Below are positions 1 through 12,250 of a DNA stretch of 41,536 nt, in pieces. The notes under the pieces are model-generated. The model saw nothing but the letters and a program-made list of their open reading frames with translations, had not been told where the DNA came from and did no database searches. Position 1 is the first letter of the stretch. Every line of letters begins with the position of its first letter. Source of the stretch: Intoshia linei (taxonomy: Eukaryota; Animalia; Orthonectida); the NCBI GenBank assembly GCA_001642005.1, contig LWCA01000194.1, positions 1 through 41,536 of the forward strand. The letters are read 5' to 3'. A program made the position numbers and the translations under genes.

Positions 1-221
1 AATATTTACCTGAAAAGACCACTAAAGTTTCGTAAAAGCAATATTATTCTACAAGACAATGCTGGACCTCACACTTCTAAAAAAACCTCTCAGCTTAGTG
101 GATGGTGATGTATGGTGACCTTTATGGTGAATATTTTATAATATAACTTTATTTTTAATGTAATCAAATAAACTTTTTAATTTTGTTAAAAAAACGACAT
201 TACTTATGAAACGACCTAATA
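1..221 (+). mobile_element. Mariner transposon remnant (catalytic-domain fragment plus right TIR and TA)
   Basis: Frame 1 reads KRPLKFRKSNIILQDNAGPHTSKKT, matching the mariner (H/Q)DNAxPH motif at the second catalytic Asp. At ~190-219, AAAAAACGACATTACTTATGAAACGACCTAA followed by TA resembles mariner right TIRs ending ACCTAA. The internal sequence is deleted. Confidence 0.8.
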
Positions 222-946
222 TTAGCGGGATGTTTAACGAACTTGATATATAGTAGTAACTATAAAAAATCCTCCCCTTGAGAAAAACCCATCATAACAA
301 AAATTATCTCTTTACAAAAATCCCTTTTCAAAATATAAGTAAAAAAAATTTAAAAGAGGTAAAATTATTTTTTAAAATAACATATAAGGTTTTTAATGGT
401 TGCCAATAACACCCAAAAAGAATGTTTATGGAGTTTAATTCAAGAAAAAAGTGAATTTTGAATTTGTAACAATTTTATTTTAATTTTTAAGTTCAATCAA
501 TTTAAATTGTATATCCATCAATCAATGCCAATGTTTTTATCAAATTGTATTTTTACACTTCCAGTGACAATTGAATGTGAAACGGTTTATTTATATTATT
601 TAGGTAAAGTTGTAGACCCTAAATAACATCCAATGTTTTAATATGACTTTTTTTGATATAAATCTATGAATTTGTTTGGGATATATGACAAAATTTTTTA
701 ACAACAATATTAACATTTTCATTGTGGATTATTGGTACCTCGGTTTGCGAGGAAACTTTTTACATGATCTATTAAAAAACCTGAAAATGAAAATGATGTT
801 CTTCTAATAAATATTAAAAGTTTCTTGCAAATTGTATATTTATAATATAATTCAAATTCAATATGTCGCTAATATGATTAAATTAAAGTTAAAAATAGTT
901 TTAGTTAAATATAATCAATTTTGTTGAAATTTTAATATTTTTCTAG

Positions 947-1036
947 ACCACTACTTCAGAAAAAAAGGATGATAATGATGATAAATCGAGTTCAACTCAA
1001 AAAAATGACGAGTTTGATAAAATGGATTTAGATTAA
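947..1036 (+). CDS. Terminal coding exon of a gene starting left of the window; homologous to the Rpn10 last exon at 18908-18982
   Basis: Acceptor TTTTCTAG|, then TTTSEKKDDNDDKSSSTQKNDEFDKMDLD*, versus VTTSDKKDNLTDKKTDDSDTMDLD* at 18908. Same phase-0 acceptor and identical MDLD* end. Confidence 0.65.
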   Translation, partial: TTTSEKKDDNDDKSSSTQKNDEFDKMDLD

Positions 1037-1126
1037 TATAATTTAAAATACATCTTTACTAATGTTTTGATTTAAAATTTTTAAATGTACATAACGATTA
1101 TTGGTTTAATGCTTTGAAAACGTTCA

Positions 1127-4100
1127 TCATTTCATTTCATAAATATTGAAATCTCTGTTAAATCCATTGGTACCGTTTATACCTAAATAATAGAATTGAT
1201 AATTGAAATGTTAAAATTACATGCTGATCTCATTGTACTCTGCGTCATGCTTATCTCCTGAGTGTTAGCAGTCATATTTGAGGAAACTGGTTGGTTTAGT
1301 AAGCTCAAATTGTGTATTCTTTGTTGATAAACTATAAAATGCATTATTTACTTGATAAAATGTAACATTACTATTATGATTATTAACAGGATATCCGTAA
1401 TTCATGGTATTTGATTTGATAGAGCAAAATTGAGATTCTATTATATCTCCAGCTCTTTTTAAAACGATTTCCTAATTTTTATATTAAATTGTATATTACA
1501 AGGATACCTTTGGTAAGACAATGGGATCCCCAGGAAATCTTGGTATTAAATGTATAAGTCTTTGAAAAGCAACGTCGATTGTGGGTTCATTTACATCTAA
1601 AAAAATTATATTTATGTAAGACATAACATACTATTGTATCTGAATCTGACTGAAGAAATTTTGTAAAAAGGTTTTGATTTATAGAGTAGTGTGAGTTGAA
1701 CGTATCCTGATGTGGTTGTTGGTGGGGATAATACTTTGACGGCGTGTTCTGACAATACCTCTGCCCATACTATATCTGTACCAAATGCTACTTGAATTCC
1801 GTCAAAAAAGTTTTCTCCAATAACAATAACTTCTGTTCCTCCATTCATCCAGCCTTCAGTGGGAGAAATTGTTTTTATATTCGGAATATTGGAGGGATTA
1901 AATAATTGATTTCCATCTAAAATTTCAAATTTAGATCAATAAATATAAATGTATACTTAAAATTTGAAAATAGCACTTGAAAATATTAACAGTTATATTA
2001 TCAAATACGATTAACATTGTCACTTGAATAAACGGAAACGATGAAATTTAATTAATTGACATTTCCGTTTGACTCAATAAAACATTTCTAGATTTGTTAA
2101 TTTATAATAATAAATGACTAAAATTTATTAACAATATTAGCATTAGAATTTATAGATAACAGTATTGAAGAATTGCATTTATTGATACATCAAATATTGA
2201 ACGGCATTTGATTTTTAGCTTAGATGAAATGCCACGTAATTTGATATTTAATTAATCAATTTATTAAATTGGTAGTATACATCTCAAAGTCATAAATCAT
2301 GAAATTAAATTCTTACTGGCTATTAGATTTTTTTTATTTTTTCGACCGTGTTTAGAATTATTGTGCACAAACATGTTGTCTGATATACACATGATGCTTT
2401 TGGGGCAATTTAACGTTGAAGAGATTGAAACTTTAAATCTTCGCATGTCTCGTGGATTTCCAGCATTTTTCAGACAATTTTGGTTACATTTCATGAAAAA
2501 TTTGATATAATATCTAAAATTTAATATTATTCAAGTTTTAAATAAATTTTTAAAACTTGAAAGATTATCTCCACTGAAAAGTATGTGTCAACAATCAATA
2601 AGATTAGTCTCAGTGGGTTACTTTTCAAGTAAACCAATGACTTGGTTTAATTTTTTAACTTAAACTTGAAATTAATAAATTATATGTACCTATCAATAAT
2701 TATTGGATCCGATGGTGTTTCGTTTCGATTTCCGCAGCTCTTTTTTTCACAGCATCGACTGAAAATTGTAATATATTATTGATATTATTAGTATTACCTG
2801 CACATGATTTCATGCGTCAATAAAACTCTACACATGTCTGGATTTTTATTTTGGCCTTCATAATTTATAAACTACAAAATTTAATTTTAATAAATTTCTA
2901 GTTATGATTACTTCTTTCGATATTGAATCCACTAAGCGCACGTAAATTGTTTTCTCAATTCTTTCGTCTACATAATTTTTTTAAATATTATTTTCATTCA
3001 TTAAATTAAATTAGTATATTAGATTTTTTAATAATTACCTGAAGTTAAACGAATTGTAATGTTATAAACTATTCCATTTCTCGTTTTTACTTTTTCGTCT
3101 TTCTCCTAGTCATCAAATGAATAAAAACAATTATTTTTTCTTACCAACGTGTCTTCCACGAATTCAATAAATTTAGCTTTTTCAACCTTAACATAGTATA
3201 AATATTAAATTGAGTTGCGTAGATTAATAATTTTTTGAAACATACCATAAATAATATAAATTTATATTTTCTTGTAAATGCCAACAATAAAATATTTTGA
3301 TTTTCAAGAGTTACTGTATACAATTAGTTCAAAAATAGAACCGTTAGAAAAATATTTTGATCCATTTAGTATGTATAACTCACCCAATACCAACCTTTTC
3401 AATTATTCAGATTTGAAATAATGAATTAAAAAAAATATCACTCCTGTATTGGATATTAGGAATATTTTAAATATTACGAGCTTTCGAATTTTATTTAAAT
3501 TATAAAATCCCTCATTGATTTAAATTAAACTTGGAAAATGCTGAATTTCTGCCATTTACTCTTACTATTTATCACATAACCTTATCTAGGATGTAGATAT
3601 GGGGTCGGCAAGCTTTTCCATCTCGTGGGCCACTTTATATACCAAAAAATTCTACGGGCCCCGTTTTTTAAAATTTAAACTTGATAAATTTGAATTTTAG
3701 CTGAAGTGAAACGGTTCCAATATATTCAACAAAATAAAATTCAGTTAAATCTGAAAATTAAGTATTTAAATAATTATAATGAGCTAATTATAGTAGAAAA
3801 TGTTTAAAATGGTGTTTAAAATTTGAAAAATATAAAAATAAATAATTTACATATTTACTCAAAGGGCTACCAAAATTATTCTGTGGGTCACTGATTGCCG
3901 ACCCCTTATGTATATGATTATAAATGTGATATTGCTTAATTTTAATCCTTTAATTATCTAAAATTAAATGTCGGTGTGTGTGTTACCTAATATTTAAAAA
4001 ATTAACTATGGTAGAATTTAAATAATCACAATTTATAATATAGTTTTTTGTAGGGGATGTTTATATCTAATTTTCAGTTTCCGAATTTAAGTCCTTTAGG

Positions 4101-6589
4101 GTCAAAAATCCAATTTGCTCTTTTGTTTAAAAATAAAATCATCTCAAAAATGTAATGAAACATAAATTCTGGTACGCGTTTTAAAATCATTAATATTGTC
4201 ATAAATCTCAGCCTCAGAAACGCAAACCTTCATTTTCAAAGCCACAAATTAGCCTGTTTTAAAAATGAAACATACCCTAAAATTTTAAAATCATAAACAT
4301 TATTATAAATGTCAACTTTAAAAAAGTGCATTTTAAAAATCCCAAATTAGCCTTTTTTTAAAAGTGAAACAGCCCTAGAATTATAATAAAAAAATTGCAA
4401 ATAATACCGTTATATTCAGTTAACACACAAAAAAATTCAATCTAAAAAAGTGACGCCTTCAGTCAAAAAAGCACTTTAGTATTCATTTTTTTTTATTTTA
4501 AAGCTATGTTATAATCAATATGTAAAACAAAAAATTTGAAATAATTAACAGTCCTATAATTAAAAAAAAGATTATTCGGATACAGTTTATTTCAGTTGAT
4601 ATAATTATAAAATTTCAATCCGAGAAATCTACGCATAATACTTTTAGCCAAACATTAATAGCTAAAAAGTTTGATGTTATATTTTCTTTAGCTTTAAAAA
4701 TTATGTCTCGTAAAGCAATCCTTCTTGTGATTTTTTTAATTAACTAATTAATTCAAACAGAAAAATAGCTTCGTACACCCAAAAATTACACCAGATTGTA
4801 CACATGGTTAAGAACCATTGATTTATATTATGTTTCAATTATGTAAATTTGTATTTTGAATAATTTTGTTAATATAAATTTAACATACACGCATAAGTAA
4901 ATGTTAGTTTCAATGATAATAATTTTTCCTATTTTTTTTGAAATTCTAAAAAAATTTTATCTCAAATATAGTAAGTACATTCCAATTTTTAAAGTTCGTG
5001 ATTGATTTTTTATACCAACCGATCAATCAATGTTTAACTGAATAAATTATTTAAAATATAAAATTTACATAAAACTAAAAATAATAAAATTCAACCAACA
5101 GGATACTAAGGTTGTTTTAGGTAAAATTGACATGATTTTAAAATGCTCGTAATTACATCTTTAGGAAAAGTAATCCATTTTATTAATTATTATTAAGAAT
5201 AAAATAAGTGAATATTCTAAAACTATTTTTTTAAAGTGATTATTTGTTTGTTTAACTACAAAAATTCGTGTCTTGGTCGCATATGACAGGAGGGTCTCAC
5301 TTTGGATAACCTGGCGTAATACATTTCTCATAACATTTAAAATTTAAATGTTATAATATTAACATCCTACGTGGTGCATGAAGTCTAACGTGTATTTTTA
5401 TAGGTAAAATATTATGTATCCATTTTTAAAAAACATTTAATGACATCCACGATTTGTGATTATTTCGTAATCAAAGATTTACATTTTTTGGAGTTTGTGA
5501 CTTTAACAATCATACTATTTTATATTTTTATCCAATCAGTGATAAACAAAATCAATTCGACCCAGAAACACATATTATAACATAAATTGTGTCTATTTTA
5601 GTTTTCACAGAATCTTATTATCTATTTATTTGTTAATTTTGACTGTTTAATTAATTTTTAATATCAAAAAATAATAAATCTTTAAGTATTTTATTATCGA
5701 AGAGCCAAATTTTTTATAAAAAGCATTAATTATCATTAATTTTCCTTATTTATGAAGTATCCTATATACCTACTTTATGGGTATTGGACACTTTTAAATA
5801 TGTTATGTTATGTGATGATGTTGTAGATGTAATTACGTAAAATATATACTATTATCAGTAGTATTAACTTATTATTCGATTAAAACATAGGTAATTATGA
5901 TATAATAATAAATGCAAAAAACAGTTAGTTGAATAAAATATCAATTGTGAAAATTTCATACAAAACTCAAATCATTAAAGTAAAAAAGGTTACTCAACTC
6001 AAATCTCTAAGGAAAAATGAATGCTTTGGGGATATATGTATGAATTAATAATTATCGATTTATTATAATTATATTAGCCATTCTTTGAATATTAAATAAT
6101 GTATGTTAATAATTACGACATTTCACTTTTTAATATTTTAATCTGATATTAAAGATTTCATTCTATTGTTTTTAAGCAAAGATAATTTTTTTAATCCTTT
6201 TGCAACATCAACATTTACATTATACAATAAATAATAATAGTTTATAAACATGTATCCCATTGTTTTTTAATTAAATACACTTACTTCGATTAAACTGCCT
6301 TTTTTGTCGTAAAGAGTGACAATGAAATGGAAAAAGTTACTTTTCCTTAAATTTTCGGGAGGATGTTTTTTGAAAATGGCTTGACTGATACTAAAAATAT
6401 AATAAATATAAGCATTTTAATATAAAATTACTGGGGATCATTGCAAATTACAGGTTCGTTAATGATACAATTGCTCCAAATTTTAGGTTCAAATTTAATA
6501 TCCATATTGAAATTACTTGGGACGTTTGTTGCTAGATGAGGAATTTGACAACCTAGCCCGTTTAAATAAGGGTTAGTATTCGAATTCAT
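1127..6589 (-). CDS. coe: COE (Collier/Olf-1/EBF) transcription factor, ~469 aa, 13 exons
   Basis: Exons 6589-6432, 6390-6285, 3186-3145, 3105-3039, 2967-2912, 2871-2798, 2758-2690, 2513-2317, 1916-1632, 1596-1508, 1471-1372, 1331-1221, 1182-1127; all GT-AG and phase-consistent. Motifs: [13 protein letters not shown], zinc knuckle [61 protein letters not shown] domain [56 protein letters not shown]. The start codon is less certain because an acceptor lies just upstream. Confidence 0.95.
3599..3907. mobile_element. hAT (Charlie/Buster-type) MITE, family A, in the long COE intron
   Basis: Ends ..GGGGTCGGCAA / TTGCCGACCCC..; 8-bp TSD ATGTAGAT/ATGTATAT; colinear over its full length with the copy at 31931-32245. 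Confidence 0.85.
3955..4640 (+). repeat. Dispersed Helitron-like non-autonomous repeat (family H), copy in COE intron
   Basis: Begins AAATGTCGGTGTGTGTGTTACC. Shares blocks (GGGTCAAAAA, TTTTAAAATCATAAACATTA, GAAACAGCCCTAGAATT, AAGTGACG..GTCAAAAAAGCA, GATACAG..CAGTTGATATAA) with 28010-28610, 38215-38650 and 40490-40980. Confidence 0.75.
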
Positions 6590-8036
6590 ATACTGAACAA
6601 AATTAAAGAATGTAAATTATAGTTTTACCTTAATTGTTCTCTACGGATTTTGGACGTTATAATGTTTTAAAGTCTCTAGAGTTTTTAGTACAAAATATAT
6701 ATTTTTCAATTCGATATATCAAATTATGCGTAAATTAATCCAATGTATCTTGTGTTATTATGTATTGTCAATTTATTCAATTTTTTGCAACTTGTCGTGA
6801 TCAAATAATTTAATGATTCAAATCTTCCGAGTGTTATAAAATGTAATTATTCAAAATATTAATCAAAACAAACTATTACTTGTTAAACAATTTTAATGCT
6901 CAATTTGATGCTAACGTATTCAGCATAAGATCAATTTATATATTTAAACGTTGATATGCTGACTTACATCAAATAAAAGTTAGTCACGCCTACTCTCACT
7001 AGAACAGACTCTTGTCAATATTGTTGTTGTAATTAAATAAATTGAACATCCTTTCTTTTTCTTTTTTCTCTTGGGAGTTATTCACTTGTACAACTTTTCT
7101 CATTTATTGCGCTTTCGAGAGCAATTTCAATTTTCAAGTAAACCGCGCAAAATTTTATTTTTATCTTAAATTGCTATACGTTATTATCTATAAAATTATT
7201 AAATGATATAATATGACACTAATCTTATACATTTTTTAAAATAACATCTATTTTGGAAATGGTTCAATGCTAGATAATTTTTTTATCTTGACATTTAACT
7301 ATCATTAATCTACAATTATCAATTCTTAAAGATAAATTGAAATTTCCTATTATTAAATATAATTCCAGTGACTACTAGATTCGTACATTTATAATAAAAT
7401 GGGATATGACTGTTCCTAAATTTTCCTAGTCAATGTAGTTCATTATATACTAATATTTTATGTTCTATCAACTTTTTGTAATATATTTCACATATTAATT
7501 ATTTTTAACAAAACTTGCCCATTTTGATTCAAATTTATTTACATATATGATAAAAAAGCGAATTAATTTGTTACTTGATAATTTTTTAAACTGTTAAATT
7601 GAAATTACGATAATATCCTATACTTGTAATCAATATACAATACGGAAAGGAAGGTAAGAAAATTTAATTGAAATGGTAAATTTAAATATGTAGATTGAAA
7701 TTTATGAAGCTTCCTTGATATTTCAAAAAATAATAAACCATGATAGATTAAATTTCAAATTTAAACTTTAATTACTTATTTGACATTTTTTCTGGTTTTG
7801 CGAGATGTTCCAAACATTTTAATGTTATTTGTAAAAATATATATCATTCATAAAATTTCTAGAAACCAATCAAAATATATAGATAATGGTATTCCCGTTA
7901 CTTTTCATCAATATACTTAATTTTATGATGGGCCCATTAATCCTACTTGATTGCAGAATATGGATGATCAGTTTATAGTTTACCGATTTATATTGCGGAA
8001 CTGAGTATATCTTGTTGGTTTAAATATGTTGTAAAT

Positions 8037-8240
8037 CAATGCTTTTCAACCAGGGGGTCGCGAAATTTATCAAGGGGGTCGTGACAATTTGAAAATTTTA
8101 TAAATAAATTTATTTATTTCAATATATTATTGACAGTAATAATGTTACAAAAATATTTTTACATTCTGTAAATTTTCGGGTCGCGAAAATTTTTTATGTT
8201 TTTAAGAAGGTCGCGAACACAAAATGGTTGAAAATCACTG
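8037..8240. mobile_element. hAT (Charlie-type) MITE with perfect 8-bp TSD
   Basis: TIRs CAATGCTTTTCAACC / GGTTGAAAATCACTG; flanked on both sides by TTGTAAAT; subterminal GGGTCGCGA repeats. Confidence 0.9.
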
Positions 8241-10694
8241 TTGTAAATAATAATTTGATTTTTGGATAATTTTTGATAAATTTTAATAGAAAATAACGTT
8301 TTGAAAGTATTCCATTTTGGTATTGTTGTTGACCGGTAATTTTTAATTTTGATATCAGATTCCACAGATTCAGAAAAAAAATTACATAATACCGTTTTTA
8401 TGTCTGTTAGGCAACAATGCTGTAATTTCGAAAAAAAATGTCTTATGCTTGAATTCAAAACACCATAATTATACAATTCAACAATGAATATATCGGGGAA
8501 AAATACAAAAGCACAGTCACAATTTAATGAATTACAGAATATCATTACCAATTGTATTTACAAAATTACTATTCGGTGAAATTCAAAAACTATAAATTTT
8601 AAGCATAAAAAACTTGATTTAAATATATGATGAGAATACCATTGGTAAATCTATTTTTATCAACCCTCAACCGAAGTGTCCCTTGGATCAAAACCTATTT
8701 AATTTAAACATAATACAGGATTATTTCTTTATACAAAAGTAGATTATGCCTCTACATTTTTTTGATTGTAAAATAGGGTCGAATAATTATAACATATTTC
8801 AATATTTTTACAATAATATAATGTAACAGTAACATTGTGAATATATTCAAACGAAAAATGTATAAAATGATGGAATTCGGACTTTTAATTAACAATGTTA
8901 AGATGATATGGCTGGAGTCTTGACAGTTAAGTTAGGTGACCTGACTCAGGAGCCATTTTTTTAGTAGCACCGTTTAAGAACCTCTAATTAGAACACGTAT
9001 CCTCCAGGGAAATCGCAAAGTATATAGGTGGGTCGCGAAATATTTGATTTTATCTGTCATTTTTTTTTAAAATCAAAGTATCAAATTGTTCTATATATGA
9101 TCATTTTTTCAGTCCATGTACATTATCTTACATGTATGTGTCCCAAAATTATAAATTTCAATTAATTAACAAATTTAAAATCATTTTTATAATTTTCGCA
9201 AAAACATGTCTAATATTTTTGATTCTCACTCAGAATCACCGATAATGAGATATAAAATTTTAATTTTGTATATTTTCAAAAAAAATAGAAAACAATTGAA
9301 TCTAATCAAGTTAAAAATCCCCGTTACATCTTAAAAATAGAATACCGATTAAATGGATATTATTCATTATATATTTTTAGAATAGGGCTATAAATTTTTT
9401 ATTTTAGAACCATTACTTAATGTATATTAATGTATTTTTATCAAATTCCACATTATTGATGTTTATATCAGTGTTTTCCAATTTTTTAAGTGTCATGTCC
9501 CACTTTTATCCTTACGAAATTTCTACGGCCCACCATAATTTATAACAAATATTTCCATGTGGTGTCCTAACAGATTTTTTTATATTTATATATTACTGCG
9601 CAACAAACTGGAGTAAAACGTTAAATTAAAATTTAATATTCCTAAATATAACATACAATAAACCGAATTAATTTGTGATTTTTGAGTTTGGTGTAAACAT
9701 TTTTAGTCTATCAAAAATATGCGAATTTGCCAAAGTTTAGTTTATCTTGTTCAAAAATTATCATTGCTGTAAGTTTACCTGGTAAAGTTTACCACTGTGT
9801 TTTAATATTAGTTATAAGTTATAACTTTAAAGTTAAATGTGATGTAGTCGCATTGGTCATAGAAATTTTATATACTTAATAAATTTTCCATTATTAACTA
9901 CTGTATTTATAAATTAAAAAAGTATAGCCTTATGCTTGTAGACCAGGGCCATATGCCCTTTTCCACGGCGCTGGACATGATACATGTATGTCGTTTCTCT
10001 TTTGATATTTTTTTTCTATATTATTATAATATACCAGTTGACGCGAAAATTTTTTACTCTTAGACCAGATAAACTAGAAATAAAACTTATGTAGACCATA
10101 TAAACAAATACTGTAAATATTAATATTTCGATTTGACTAATAATATCGAAATTGATTATTTAATAAAAAATTTTTAATTATCAAGATATCTAGATATGAG
10201 TTACTCTACTTAGCTTTATCCTTAACCCTTTTACTGTCTGTGTATTTTTTGGTTAGCACTGATTTTTACCATGCCATTTTGTTAACATTACATTATAATG
10301 ACAAATATATAATAAATTCATAACTAATGAACCTTATCTAAAAGAAAACGGTATCATCACAATGAAAATGCTAATTAAATCTATATTGCGTGATGTTTAT
10401 TCAAAATATAATGCATGCATATCTAAACAAATACAAATCGATATCCGCACATTTGGTGGTTTTAAAATGATGTAAGATTCAAAAAAGGTACCATTATGTT
10501 TTGTTAAATTGAAAAAAATATTGGGTTTTAGTTTAATGATTAATATTAATCAATTGGTAACAATGACAGATATAGCCATTAATATTTGACATTACGACAT
10601 TTAGAACATTAATGTCACACATGTCACCTAGTAATGATCTCTCTGATTGATGGCTGGTACATTTTAAACATCTTTTTAAAATATTATTCTTAAT

Positions 10695-10990
10695 GTACGT
10701 TTATAACGAGTTATTCAATATATTTAAATTCTCACCAAGTAATTAATACTGATACGCTATATATTGTATACAAATTCATAAAATTAGAATATAGCCTTAA
10801 GGGAATAAAGTGTTTATTTGATTTGTTTGATGTATCGTTTGTTTATTAATAATTGTAATCAAATAAATTAAATGCATGTGTTTATTACTAATAGTGTTAT
10901 TATTCTTTGTTTTTTTAATCGATTTGCCCATTCGAATAATTTTCACTATTTAAGCTTTTGAGCTTTTATGTTGTTATTCTGATTTATATT
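10695..10990 (+). repeat. Diverged direct repeat, copy 1 (copy 2 at ~15700-15915)
   Basis: Shared colinear blocks GTTTATAACGAG, ATATAGCCT, AATCAAATAAATTA, TTTTTAATCGATTTGC, CTTTTGAGCTTTTAT, TGATTTATA. Confidence 0.75.
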
Positions 10991-11964
10991 TACCGATGAA
11001 ATTAATATTTTTAATTATCATTTTTGTAAGTATAGTACAGTTTTTTCTCGAAATATTTATTTTCCGTTATAATCATAGCGTTTTTCATCGCGAAAAAATC
11101 GAAATATTTACACACTGGTCCAAACATATTGGGTGAACCGATAAAAAAAATTGATCAATTTTTTTCATACCTTGCCCGTGAATATAAAGTAACCCCTGTT
11201 AATAAATAAATATTTTTATTTTTTTAGAATTCAGTATATTTAATATTATTTATATAATAATATTTACTTTAATAGTAACACTTTCAATTGTTTATTTTCA
11301 ATATTGTTTCGAAATTATTTTATGAAATAGTTTGGCTTTTATTTTTTGAAATTAAAGTTTTCATAAAGTGAAAATTTTAATAAAATTAGTCAAATGAATG
11401 TATAAAAAATTTTCTATAAAATTTGTTTAAGGTTTCAATTTTGACTAAAACTCGTTCATTATCATCGAAATTAATTAATAATAAATAATTAATTAATTGT
11501 TGACTGTATATAATTTTTTTATATTTCCAGGTTGTTGATTTTTTTAATTTCTCGGGAAATCATAGTATTTTGTATTTTTTTCATGAACTCTGGACATTTT
11601 GAAAAATTACAAATTTCATTTATTTTTATATATAAGGATTTTATCTTATCATACTCCCTGTTTTATTATTTAAATATAGATTTTAATAAATTATTTACTA
11701 TTTAGACCAGTGTTTCCCAACCTTTTTTATACTAGGCCCACTCTTCTAAAAATGAACTAACATTAAAAAAAATTTTGTGGGCTAATATAACAGTTCAATT
11801 AAAAATGAATTATTGTTAATTGAGTGACTATTTTTACTAAAAACTTTAATTTTCGAATAAATTACTTATCTAAAAATTTTATTGTCGAAAGTCGAGCGAA
11901 TTATAATATTTATTTTATAGAATCAATATAACTGAGCGTTACAATTCTTACAGATTTTCTTAAT

Positions 11965-12250
11965 ATTAGGTAAAATTGAATGTCTGTGTGTGTTACCGTT
12001 TAATTAAAAAATTAAAAGTCCAAGAATTAAACAAACCCAATTTCTTGTATATTTTTTTAAGAGTGATGTTTTATCTCAAATTTTATTTTCAGCAATTGAG
12101 TCCTTCAGGGTCAAAAACCCAAATTACCTTTATATTAACAATAAATAAGTAAATAAATAATAAAATTAGTTCTAGAATTTTAAAGAATATAAATTTTGGG
12201 CGCGTTTTAACATCATTACTATTGTCCAAAATCTCAACCTCAGAAACTTT
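11965..12250 (+). repeat. Family H Helitron-like repeat, 5' portion
   Basis: AAAATTGAATGTCTGTGTGTGTTACC ... AGTCCTTCAGGGTCAAAAACCC ... CGCGTTTTAACATCATT ... AATCTCAACCTCAGAAAC, matching 3960-4220. Confidence 0.75.

Noticed and set aside
3141-3323. 60-aa minus-strand ORF as a COE exon or separate gene
   Set aside because: Only 3186-3145 is a COE exon, and in a different frame ([14 protein letters not shown]); the rest is intron.
7000-7104. Short minus-strand ORF (MRKVVQVNNSQEKKEKERMF..) upstream of COE as a uORF or extra exon
   Set aside because: No homology and no demonstrable splice link to COE exon 1.
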